NCBI GenBank assembly: GCA_046153805.1
Contig: JBJXGJ010000197.1
Span: forward strand, 1 to 51,868
From: Ferruginibacter sp.
GTDB lineage: Bacteria > Bacteroidota > Bacteroidia > Chitinophagales > Chitinophagaceae
Direction of reading: 5' to 3'
Length of the DNA stretch: 51,868 bases
Part shown: piece by piece, positions 20,842-29,900 of the stretch
Numbering within the stretch: position 1 is the first letter of the stretch
How the letters are laid out: each line of letters starts with the position of its first letter
Made by a program: the position numbers and the translations under genes
The notes under the pieces: model-generated
Databases searched by the model: none
The model's input: the letters and a program-made list of their open reading frames with translations, nothing else
Told to the model about the DNA's origin: nothing

Positions 20842-21144
20842 ATGGCACACGAAGAATTAATCTTAGACAAGCTCACCGAAATCGCTAACAAGCTGGATGA
20901 GCAAAACCTGTTACAAAAAACAGTATTGAACTTTAATGAAGCTTGCAAATATTTAGATGTAAGCCCTTCGCATTTGTACAAGCTCACAAGTACAAAGCAC
21001 ATTCCCCATTTCTGTCCGCAGGGTAAAAAACTCTACTTCAAACGGGAGGAGTTGGATAACTGGTTGCAACGCAACCGTCAATCAGCCGCCAACGAAATTG
21101 ACCAGTTGGCAACTGATTATGTTATCCGCAACAAACGCAAATAG
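20842..21144 (+). CDS. Excisionase-like HTH DNA-binding protein
   Basis: LNFNEACKYLDVSPSHLYKLTS..IPHFCPQGKKLYFKREELDNWL. Confidence 0.9.
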   Translation: MAHEELILDKLTEIANKLDEQNLLQKTVLNFNEACKYLDVSPSHLYKLTSTKHIPHFCPQGKKLYFKREELDNWLQRNRQSAANEIDQLATDYVIRNKRK

Positions 21145-21176
21145 TAGCATTTTTTATTAACTGAAAGAACGGCACA

Positions 21177-23486
21177 ATGGCATCAAGCACCATATTTAAA
21201 AACTTTGCGGTTGCGGTAGAAAATAAATCACTTATCGTAATCTCAAACATTATCGCTTCTGATAAGTACAAAGCAGAAGTAGAAGAAATTCAAACACTAT
21301 TAGCCCGGGGCAAAGCAAAGGAAGCTACTGAAAAAAAACAGCAGCTTCCGGCTTTCACCCCTTCAGCTACATTCAAAGAAAAAAGATTGCTGCCAAATTT
21401 GGAGCAGTACAGCGGCTTTGTGCATTTAGATTTTGATAAGCTAACACCCGAACAAATGGACACAGCTTTTAAAATCATTGCTACAATCCCCTACACCTTT
21501 CTTTGCTTTCGCAGCCCAAGCGGTAACGGCTTAAAAGTGTTTGTAGAAGTCAAAACAGGTGCTTTGCACCATGATATTGCCTACAAGCAAGTACAGCAAT
21601 TCTATGAAGAAAAATTAGGCATAGCATCCGACCCCAAATGCAAAGACATAACAAGGCTATGCTTTATGAGTTACCACCCGGAACTGTATAAGAATATCAG
21701 CAACCAAAAGTTTACCGTTGATGCATCAACAGAAATACAAGTTCCGCAACAAGTTGCTACACCTGTAATTCCAAAAGTAGATACCACCACACAAAAGGAT
21801 TTTGAAACTGCCTTTGGCGTTTCTCAATCCCAACCACCGGTTGGTGAGGTAAGCAATATAAATGAGTTGTTAGAAGACTGTAAACGCTTTACAGAGCAAA
21901 AGAAAACATATACTGAAGGCAACAGGAATGAGTTTGTATATACGTTTGCTTCCAACTGTAACCGTAAAGGCATTGCAGAAGACATTGCTTTGCAATATGC
22001 ACAAGCCAATTACGATTTACCAAGTAAAGAAATGATTGCATCATTTCGCAGTGCATATACCCACCACACAAATGAGTTTGCAAAGTTTGCAAACGCTGCA
22101 AAGTTGCAACCTGCAAAGCCGATGCAGACACAACATGAAGAAGACCCTTTAGAAGATTATTTAAAAACTACTCCTACAATTCCCGAAGAAGTTTATGAGG
22201 CTTTGCCTCATTTGCTCAAAGAAGGTGCAAGAGCTTTTACAGATAAACGTAAAAGGGATGTTTTCTTTACTGGTGCTATTTCTATTCTTAGTGGCTGTTT
22301 GCCAAAAGTTACAGGTGTATATTTTAATGAAAGGGTTTTTCCTCATTTGTACACTTTCATTATTGCACCGGCAGCAAGTGGTAAAGGAGTATTGAAAAAT
22401 GCAAAGCGATTAGCCGATAAGTACCACCAACAAATATTAAAGCAAAGTCAGGATGCAAAAAAAATACATGAAAATGAAATGTCCGATTTTAAGCAGTTGG
22501 AAAGGACAAGAAAAAAAGGAGAGCCAGCACCCGAAAAGCCACAGCCGCCACCGTTTAAAATCGTATTCATTCCAGCCGATTGCAGCCAGGCAAGAATGGT
22601 AGAGCATTTGCAAGCCAACGAAGGCAAGGGTATTATTTGCGAAACCGAAGCCGACACAATGAGCGGTGCAAAAAAACAAGATTGGGGCGATTACTCACCC
22701 ATTTTAAGGTCAGCTTTCCACCACGAAAAAATATCTATCTCCCGTAAAACAGGAAATGAATATGTAGAAATAAACGACCCTTGTTTAGCTGTTGCCTTAT
22801 CAGGCACACCCTCACAAGCACCCAAACTAATTTCATCCGCAGAAGATGGTTTGTTTAGCCGTTTTTTATTCTATGCCTATAAAAATAATATTGAATGGCA
22901 AGACCCATCCCCCAGCAGTAACACCATTGTTTATAACGACCATTTTGAAGCACTTTCAGGACAGGTATTGAACTTAATAAGCCTGCTGGAGCAATCACCC
23001 ACAACCATTGAATTAAAGCCCTCACAATGGCATACAATCAACACAGAGTTTCCTAAGATGCTTGCAGAGGTTGTTACCTTCACAAGTGAAGATGCAGCAG
23101 GTGTAGTATTTCGTTTAGGCTTGATACTATATAGAATTTGCATGATACTTTCAGCATTAAGAAAGTTTGAGAATGGAGAAGCAGAGCCAGTAATTACTTG
23201 CACTGATGAAGACTTTAATACAGCCCTATTAATTGTACAAACGTATTTGCAGCACAGCTTGCTAATGTTCAATAACCTGCCTAAGCAAAATGAAACAATG
23301 CAGTTTCATTCAGGCGATGGCAAACGAAAATTCTTTGAGGCTTTGCCGCAAGAGTTTACAAGAAAGGAAGCAACCGAATTAGGCACTAAGTTTAAGCTAT
23401 CCGCCAGAACAGTGGACGACATTTTAAAATCCTGCGTAGGCGTTACGCTTACCAAAATAAAAGCCGGTTCCTACCAACGCATCTAA
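21177..23486 (+). CDS. BT4734/VirE N-terminal primase-like + primase C-terminal + DUF3987-type P-loop protein (putative replication protein)
   Basis: LPAFTPS, HLDFD, FRSPSGNGLKVF, KCKDITRLCF; EGNRNEF; Walker A-like APAASGKG; DGLFSRFLF. Confidence 0.82.
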   Translation: MASSTIFKNFAVAVENKSLIVISNIIASDKYKAEVEEIQTLLARGKAKEATEKKQQLPAFTPSATFKEKRLLPNLEQYSGFVHLDFDKLTPEQMDTAFKIIATIPYTFLCFRSPSGNGLKVFVEVKTGALHHDIAYKQVQQFYEEKLGIASDPKCKDITRLCFMSYHPELYKNISNQKFTVDASTEIQVPQQVATPVIPKVDTTTQKDFETAFGVSQSQPPVGEVSNINELLEDCKRFTEQKKTYTEGNRNEFVYTFASNCNRKGIAEDIALQYAQANYDLPSKEMIASFRSAYTHHTNEFAKFANAAKLQPAKPMQTQHEEDPLEDYLKTTPTIPEEVYEALPHLLKEGARAFTDKRKRDVFFTGAISILSGCLPKVTGVYFNERVFPHLYTFIIAPAASGKGVLKNAKRLADKYHQQILKQSQDAKKIHENEMSDFKQLERTRKKGEPAPEKPQPPPFKIVFIPADCSQARMVEHLQANEGKGIICETEADTMSGAKKQDWGDYSPILRSAFHHEKISISRKTGNEYVEINDPCLAVALSGTPSQAPKLISSAEDGLFSRFLFYAYKNNIEWQDPSPSSNTIVYNDHFEALSGQVLNLISLLEQSPTTIELKPSQWHTINTEFPKMLAEVVTFTSEDAAGVVFRLGLILYRICMILSALRKFENGEAEPVITCTDEDFNTALLIVQTYLQHSLLMFNNLPKQNETMQFHSGDGKRKFFEALPQEFTRKEATELGTKFKLSARTVDDILKSCVGVTLTKIKAGSYQRI

Positions 23487-23528
23487 GGATATTGCAGGAG
23501 CCATGCTTTTTGCAACATCAGTTCTTTT

Positions 23529-23564
23529 TTTGCAGTGTTTGCAGGCTTTGCAAACTTTGCAATC
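23529..23564 (+). repeat. Four tandem 9-bp TTTGCAnnn repeats (iteron-like)
   Basis: tttgcagtg tttgcaggc tttgcaaac tttgcaatc. Confidence 0.7.
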
Positions 23565-23600
23565 GCATAGGTATAGTATATAACCTTTCATTTCTTTGCT

Positions 23601-23608
23601 TATATTTG
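23601..23608 (+). promoter_or_regulatory. Bacteroidota -7 promoter box
   Basis: TATATTTG (TAnnTTTG) 5 nt before ATG 23614. Confidence 0.55.
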
Positions 23609-23613
23609 CAGCA

Positions 23614-23931
23614 ATGAAAATTTTTGCCGTCATAATGAGCATTTACCTTTTAGGTTTATCCTGCATTCCTTGTGGTGATAAAGAGGAGCGTAATGCCAAA
23701 GGGGCACAAACTATTTCGGCAATCAAGCATCAACATCAACACGACAATACAAACGATGCTTGTACTCCTTTCTGTAGTTGCTCATGCTGCCCGGCATCAG
23801 CGTTTTTTCAGCCTTTATCTCACTTCTCTATTTATAAAGTCGTATTCCCTTCTAAAAAATACCCTGTTTATAATTCTTCTTTTTGCCCCCAGGTGTCCTT
23901 CTCTATTTGGCAACCGCCTAAAATAGCTTAA
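23614..23931 (+). CDS. Cys/His-rich small protein (DUF6660-like), possible metal-responsive leader ORF
   Basis: LSCIPCGD, HQHQHD, CTPFCSCSCC, C-terminal IWQPPK. Confidence 0.78.
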   Translation: MKIFAVIMSIYLLGLSCIPCGDKEERNAKGAQTISAIKHQHQHDNTNDACTPFCSCSCCPASAFFQPLSHFSIYKVVFPSKKYPVYNSSFCPQVSFSIWQPPKIA

Positions 23932-24013
23932 TTACTTCTTTTATTGAATTAGCTGCATAACCATCCGTTGGTCATGTATTGCAGTTCCTGTTCATCCATT
24001 TTCAATTGTAAAA

Positions 24014-24160
24014 ATGGGAAATAAAAAAAAGTTCCAAAAGTCTAAGCAGCATTTGGCAATCAAAGTAATTAAGTTCATTATTATAAGCTTTTGTTGCGTT
24101 ATTCTTTTAGCAGCCATTGCAGAAAGAATTTGGCATTTCTACAAGCATATATCAAAATAG
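24014..24160 (+). CDS. Small single-pass membrane protein (48 aa)
   Basis: Manual translation MGNKKKFQKSKQHLAIKVIKFIIISFCCVILLAAIAERIWHFYKHISK*; ends 9 bp before RND gene. Confidence 0.55.
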   Translation: MGNKKKFQKSKQHLAIKVIKFIIISFCCVILLAAIAERIWHFYKHISK

Positions 24161-24169
24161 AAAGCAAAC

Positions 24170-27100
24170 ATGATTAATAAAATCATTCATTTTTCAGTAC
24201 ACAACAAACTGGTTACGGGCATTTTGTTGGGCATCTTTATGTTGTGGGGTATTTATTCTTTTACGCAACTAAGTATTGATGCCCTGCCTGATGTTACCAA
24301 TAATCAGGTGCAGGTTATTACCAACAGCCCCAATCTTGCTACGCAGGAAGTAGAGCAATTTATTACAACACCCTTAGAGTTAGAGTTTAAGTCACTGCAA
24401 GGGTTGGTAGAATTAAGAAGTACCAGCCGTAGTGGCTTATCTGTTATCACCATCGTTTTTAAAGACAATATGCCCTTGAATATTACAAGGCAATTGGTAG
24501 CAGAAAAAATAAAAGTGGCACAAGAGAATATTCCAAAAGAATATGGTAGCCCCGATTTAATACCACCCACCACAGGTTTAGGAGAAATCTATCAGTATGT
24601 GATTGTTCCGAAGAAAGGTTATGAAGATAAATTTTCTGCAACCGATTTACGGACAGTACAAGATTGGATTGTAAAACGCCAACTGTTAGGCACAGCAGGT
24701 GTAGTAGATGTCAGCAGCTTTGGCGGTAAACTAAAGCAATACGAAGTAAGTGTAAAGCCCGAAAGATTGGCGGCAATGAACCTTACTTTAATTGATGTGT
24801 ATAATGCCTTGCAAAAAAATAATTCCAATACAGGCGGCAGCTATATTGATAAAGGACCAAACATTTATTTTATCCGTGGCGAAGGCTTAATAGAAAAATT
24901 GGACGACATCAATAACATTGTTGTTGCAAACACAAACGGCATTCCGGTTTTAATAAAAGATATTGGCACGGTTGATTTTGGTTTTGCCCCACGTTACGGA
25001 GCATTAACAAGAAACGGAAAAGGCGAAACAGTTGGCGGTGTGGTACTGATGCAAAAAGGTGAGAACGCTGTACAGGTTATTGAAAGAGTAAAAGAAAGAA
25101 TGGCAACCATTGAAAAATATTTGCCCGAAGGTTTAGGCATTGATGTATTTGTGGACAGAACAAAATTAATTGAAAGAGCAACACATACCGTAAGCACAAA
25201 TTTGTTAGAAGGTGCATTGATTGTAATTTTTGTGTTGGTGCTTTTCTTAGGCAATTTCAGGGCAGGTTTAATTGTAGCAAGTGTTATTCCACTGTCTATG
25301 CTTTTTGCAGTTGCTATGATGAAATTATTTGGCGTAAGTGCAAACCTGATGAGTATGGGTGCATTGGATTTTGGTTTGATTGTGGACGGTGCAGTTATCA
25401 TCGTAGAAAGTTTAACGCATAAATTCTTTCACGATTTTAAAGGACAGAAATTAGGGCAAACAAAAATGGATGAAGAAGTAACCGAAGGCAGCAGTAAGAT
25501 TATGACCAGTGCAGTTTTTGGACAAATCATTATCCTGATAGTTTACATTCCCATTTTTGCATTAAGCGGCATTGAAGGCAAAATGTTTATGCCAATGGCA
25601 CAAACAGTAAGTTTCGCCATCATTGGTGCAATGATTTTATCTATTACTTATGTGCCACTTATCAGCAGCCTCTTTCTCAATAAAAAAATTGCCAGCAAAG
25701 AAAACATTACCGATAAAGCAATGAAATGGTTAGTCGGCAGGTATCAACCATTTTTACAACGGATAATCAAATACAGGATACCAGTTTTAGCAACAGCCTT
25801 ATTATTATTTATTGGTTCATTATTCGTCTTTAATTCTTTGGGTGGTGAATTCATCCCCGAATTAGACGAAGGCGATTTTGCCACCAACTTCACAATCAGG
25901 CAAGGCAGCAGCTTACCGCAATCAATTGAAACAGCCACACAGTTAGAAAAAATTGCAAAGCAATTTCCCGAAGTAAAAGAAGTGGTTAGCAAAATAGGCA
26001 GCAGCGAAATTCCTACCGACCCGATGCCTATTGAAAGTGGCGATATTATAATGGTGCTAAAAGATAAAAAGGAATGGACATCAGCCAAAGACAAAGAAGA
26101 ACTGGCGGAAAAGATGACCGAAAAAATGAGTGCCATACCGGGCGTTAATCTTTCTTTTGAGCAACCAATTCAAATGCGGTTTAACGAATTAATTGCAGGA
26201 GTAAAATCTGATATAGCTATTAAAGTTTTCGGAAGCGATTTAGATAAACTATTTGCAAAAGGAAACGAAATAAAATCTTTGGTAAAAAATATAGATGGCT
26301 TAACAGATATTAAAGTAGAGCAAATTGTAGGTATGCCGCAGTTAGTGGTGAAATACAATCGCAGCAAAATTGCACAATATGGTTTAAGCATTGCAGATGT
26401 AAACGCAACACTTAATACTGCCTATGCTGGTGGCTATGCAGGTGTGGTGTATGAAGGAGAAAAGAAATTTGATTTGGTGGTACGCATTACCAAAGACCCT
26501 AATACCGATGCAGATGTTTTAAAATCATTACTTATCCCTTTGCCAAACGGCAGGCAAATACCATTGAGTGAAATTGCCGATGTAACTTTTAAAGCAAGCC
26601 CTGCACAAATCAGCCGTGAAGATGCTGAAAGAAGAATAGTTGTAGAAGCCAACACAAGAGGAAGGGACGTAGAAAGTGTTGTAAAAGAAATTCAGCAAAC
26701 ATTAGATGCAAAATTAAAATTGCCTGAAGGATATTATATAACCTATGGTGGACAATTTCAAAACTTGCAGGAAGCAAAAGGAAGGTTGCAATTAGCAGTA
26801 CCTGTTTCATTATTACTCATTTTCTTTTTATTGTTTCTAACATTTCGTTCTGCAAAAGAAGCAACTATTATTTTTTCTGCAATTCCATTAGCAGCCATTG
26901 GCGGCATCATTGCATTATGGATGAGAGGAATGAATTTTAGTATTTCAGCAGGCGTTGGTTTCATCGCATTATTTGGCGTTGCCGTTTTAAATGGTATTGT
27001 ATTAATCAGTTATTACAACCGGTTAAAAGAAGAAGGCGAAGAAGATGTAACGAAACGGATTTTAAAAGGCAGTGCTGCAAGGTTGCGACCTGTATTAGCC

Positions 27101-28483
27101 ACAGCAGCAGTAGCATCATTAGGGTTCTTACCAATGGCATTTAGTTCCAGTGCGGGTGCAGAAGTTCAAAAGCCTTTGGCAACGGTTGTTATTGGCGGCT
27201 TGTTTTCTTCCACATTATTAACGCTGTTTGTGCTGCCTGTTTTATACAGTTTATTTTATTTAAAAAGGAAAAAGAAGATGAAAATAAATGCAACCGCTAC
27301 AACGATATTGTTTTTAATCTTTTCGTTTATCGGCTATAATGTAAATGCTCAAACACCTACATTGACTTTACAAAATGCGTTGGATTTGGCAACTAAAAAT
27401 TATCCAACAATTCAGCAAGCAAGTTTGCAAACGCAGCAGCAAAAAGCCTTAACAGGAACAGCCACTATCTTAGACCCTTTCAATATCAATACAGGTTTTG
27501 GGCAGATAAATAGTAATGTGATTGATTACAATGTTGGCGTTGCACAAGGCTTTAAATTGCCCAATGCCTATAAGGCAGAGAAAAATTTATTGAAACAAAA
27601 CGTAACTGTTGCAAAATCTTATGAAGCAGTTACAAAAAATGAATTGGTACGCAATGTTTCAAATGCTTATTACAATTGGTTGTACAGTTGGCAGCAATAT
27701 AATTTACTATTGCAAACCGATAGCATCTTTGCCGACTATGAAAAGTATGCAAATAAAAAATACCAAGTAGGCGAAACCAATAAATTAGAAAAAATAAATG
27801 CAACACTTCAAAGAAAAGATTTGCAATTGCAAGTAGCAAAAGCAAAAACAGAAGTTTCATTTTATTTAGCAGACTTGCAAAAGTGGATGCGTACTAATGA
27901 GCTGTACCAAGCACCAATGGAATTTACACAATTGCAATCAATTAATTTAAGTGATAGTAATTTGGTAAACAAACATCCTGTGTTGCAATTTTTGCAACAA
28001 CAGCTTACCGCAAAAGAGTTAGCCATTAAAGCAGAAAAAGCAAAAGGGCAACCATCTTTCAACTTAGGAGTAAATGCACAGAGTTTGGATAAGCAAAAGC
28101 AATTTTATTATGGTAGTGTAGGTGTAAATATCCCCATATTTAAAAATGGTGTAAAGGCACGAACACAAGCCGCTAAATATGAAAGTGAAATTGCAAAAAA
28201 AGAATTGGATAAAACGCAGCAGGAAATAACCACTTTGTTTTTACAACAAAATCAATTGCAGCAGCAAAGTTTGCAACAGCTCAAATATTATCAAACAGAA
28301 GGTTTACCAATGGCTGAAAGCATTATCAACGCTGCACTACGCAGCTACAAGGCAGGGGATATTGGTTACATTGAATACATCCAAAACATAAAGGATGCTA
28401 TCAAACTAAAAACCGATTATTTGGCAGCCATCAACAGCTACAATCAAACCATTATCCAACTCAACTATTTATTAAATCGCTAA
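24170..28483 (+). CDS. CusA/CzcA heavy-metal RND transporter fused to C-terminal TolC-like outer-membrane factor
   Basis: IDALPDVTNNQVQ, GALDFGLIVDGAVIIVE, RLRPVLATA; ~400-aa extra C-terminal OEP-like helical domain. Confidence 0.93.
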   Translation: MINKIIHFSVHNKLVTGILLGIFMLWGIYSFTQLSIDALPDVTNNQVQVITNSPNLATQEVEQFITTPLELEFKSLQGLVELRSTSRSGLSVITIVFKDNMPLNITRQLVAEKIKVAQENIPKEYGSPDLIPPTTGLGEIYQYVIVPKKGYEDKFSATDLRTVQDWIVKRQLLGTAGVVDVSSFGGKLKQYEVSVKPERLAAMNLTLIDVYNALQKNNSNTGGSYIDKGPNIYFIRGEGLIEKLDDINNIVVANTNGIPVLIKDIGTVDFGFAPRYGALTRNGKGETVGGVVLMQKGENAVQVIERVKERMATIEKYLPEGLGIDVFVDRTKLIERATHTVSTNLLEGALIVIFVLVLFLGNFRAGLIVASVIPLSMLFAVAMMKLFGVSANLMSMGALDFGLIVDGAVIIVESLTHKFFHDFKGQKLGQTKMDEEVTEGSSKIMTSAVFGQIIILIVYIPIFALSGIEGKMFMPMAQTVSFAIIGAMILSITYVPLISSLFLNKKIASKENITDKAMKWLVGRYQPFLQRIIKYRIPVLATALLLFIGSLFVFNSLGGEFIPELDEGDFATNFTIRQGSSLPQSIETATQLEKIAKQFPEVKEVVSKIGSSEIPTDPMPIESGDIIMVLKDKKEWTSAKDKEELAEKMTEKMSAIPGVNLSFEQPIQMRFNELIAGVKSDIAIKVFGSDLDKLFAKGNEIKSLVKNIDGLTDIKVEQIVGMPQLVVKYNRSKIAQYGLSIADVNATLNTAYAGGYAGVVYEGEKKFDLVVRITKDPNTDADVLKSLLIPLPNGRQIPLSEIADVTFKASPAQISREDAERRIVVEANTRGRDVESVVKEIQQTLDAKLKLPEGYYITYGGQFQNLQEAKGRLQLAVPVSLLLIFFLLFLTFRSAKEATIIFSAIPLAAIGGIIALWMRGMNFSISAGVGFIALFGVAVLNGIVLISYYNRLKEEGEEDVTKRILKGSAARLRPVLATAAVASLGFLPMAFSSSAGAEVQKPLATVVIGGLFSSTLLTLFVLPVLYSLFYLKRKKKMKINATATTILFLIFSFIGYNVNAQTPTLTLQNALDLATKNYPTIQQASLQTQQQKALTGTATILDPFNINTGFGQINSNVIDYNVGVAQGFKLPNAYKAEKNLLKQNVTVAKSYEAVTKNELVRNVSNAYYNWLYSWQQYNLLLQTDSIFADYEKYANKKYQVGETNKLEKINATLQRKDLQLQVAKAKTEVSFYLADLQKWMRTNELYQAPMEFTQLQSINLSDSNLVNKHPVLQFLQQQLTAKELAIKAEKAKGQPSFNLGVNAQSLDKQKQFYYGSVGVNIPIFKNGVKARTQAAKYESEIAKKELDKTQQEITTLFLQQNQLQQQSLQQLKYYQTEGLPMAESIINAALRSYKAGDIGYIEYIQNIKDAIKLKTDYLAAINSYNQTIIQLNYLLNR

Positions 28484-28496
28484 AATAATTTCACGA

Positions 28497-29666
28497 ATGA
28501 AAAATATATTTATCATCATAATCACTTTGTTTTTTGCAATTACATCTTGCAAAAACAAAGCAACAGAAACCAAAGCAGAGCCTGCAACAAAAGATACTGC
28601 TGCAAAAAAAGAAGAACCAACAGCGACAGAAGTAGAACTAACAGACGAACAAATAAAAGCTATTGATTTGCAGACAGGCAGCATTGAGCAACGTAATTTA
28701 AAATCTACTTTAAAAGTAAATGGCAAACTAACCTTACCACCACAAAATCAAGCACAGGTAAGTATTTTAACAGGAGGCATTGTAAAAACCATCAATGTAA
28801 CCGAAGGCACATTCGTAAAGCAAGGGCAAACATTGGCAACCATTGTAAATAATGAAGTAATACAATTGCAACAGGATTATTTAGAAAATAAATCACAGTT
28901 GGTTTATCTGCAAGCAGAATTTAAACGCCAAAAAGAATTGCAGGAAGACCGTATTAATGCAACAAAAACTTTGCAGCAGGTACAAAACGAATTGAGCATG
29001 GCACAAGCCAAACAAAAAGGTTTGCAAACAAAACTGCAATTGCAGGGCATCAATGCAGCTAATATCAGCACAGCAAACTTTACTAATCGTATTTCAGTTA
29101 CAGCACCAATCAGCGGTTTTATACACCACATCAATTTAACGATGGGAAAGTTTGCCGATGCAAATACGGTTTTATTTGACATTGTGGACAATCGTTTTCT
29201 GCATTTAGATTTAACGCTGTTTGAAAAAGATATTTCCAAAGTAAAGATTGGAGATAAAATAATGTTTACCGATGCCAATGATGTAAACCACACCCACCCG
29301 GCAACCATATTTGCGTTAAACAAATCTTTTGAAGATAACCAGCAAGCCATTTTAGCCCACGCAAAAATTGAAGGGCAAACAGAAACTTTGTTGCCTGGCA
29401 TGTACGTACAGGCAAGAATACAAATTGATAACTACAAAGCAAATGCTTTGCCAGATGATGCAGTAGTAAGCAATGGCGATGAGCATTATATCTATGTAGA
29501 AACAAAGAAGAACCATTACAAACAAATACCCGTTACCAAAGGTGTAAGCGATTTAGGATATACAGAAATATTGCCGTTGGAAGAAGTGCCAGCCAATGCA
29601 AAAGTGGTAACAAAAGGAGCATACTATTTATTGTCACAGCTTACAAAAGGAAGCAGTGAAGAGTAA
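28497..29666 (+). CDS. RND periplasmic adaptor (CzcB/CusB-like) lipoprotein
   Basis: Lipobox ITSC, lipoyl halves (GTFVKQGQTL, APISG), LLPGMYV, KGAYYLL. Confidence 0.92.
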   Translation: MKNIFIIIITLFFAITSCKNKATETKAEPATKDTAAKKEEPTATEVELTDEQIKAIDLQTGSIEQRNLKSTLKVNGKLTLPPQNQAQVSILTGGIVKTINVTEGTFVKQGQTLATIVNNEVIQLQQDYLENKSQLVYLQAEFKRQKELQEDRINATKTLQQVQNELSMAQAKQKGLQTKLQLQGINAANISTANFTNRISVTAPISGFIHHINLTMGKFADANTVLFDIVDNRFLHLDLTLFEKDISKVKIGDKIMFTDANDVNHTHPATIFALNKSFEDNQQAILAHAKIEGQTETLLPGMYVQARIQIDNYKANALPDDAVVSNGDEHYIYVETKKNHYKQIPVTKGVSDLGYTEILPLEEVPANAKVVTKGAYYLLSQLTKGSSEE

Positions 29667-29738
29667 ACGGCAGCAGGTAAACATTAACAAAGAATAAATT
29701 TACAACTATGTATTTTTACATCTCTAAAACATATAAAA

Positions 29739-29816
29739 ATGAACAGACTAAACTGTTGGAAATGTATTGTAATGCTTGCATCCGTTTTAGGAATGGTAGC
29801 TACAATGACAGCTTAA
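29739..29816 (+). CDS. 25-aa CxxC hydrophobic peptide
   Basis: Manual translation MNRLNCWKCIVMLASVLGMVATMTA*, A-rich initiation region. Confidence 0.4.
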   Translation: MNRLNCWKCIVMLASVLGMVATMTA

Positions 29817-29838
29817 TAAAAAATACTCAACTAAAGTA

Positions 29839-29873
29839 AGGGGTTGCGGATAGGAATATCTGCAACCCTTTTT
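29839..29873 (+). terminator. Terminator-like hairpin upstream of P-type ATPase
   Basis: aggggttgcggata-ggaa-tatctgcaacccttttt. Confidence 0.7.
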
Positions 29874-29900
29874 TATTTTATAAAATTTAAAAATCAACCG

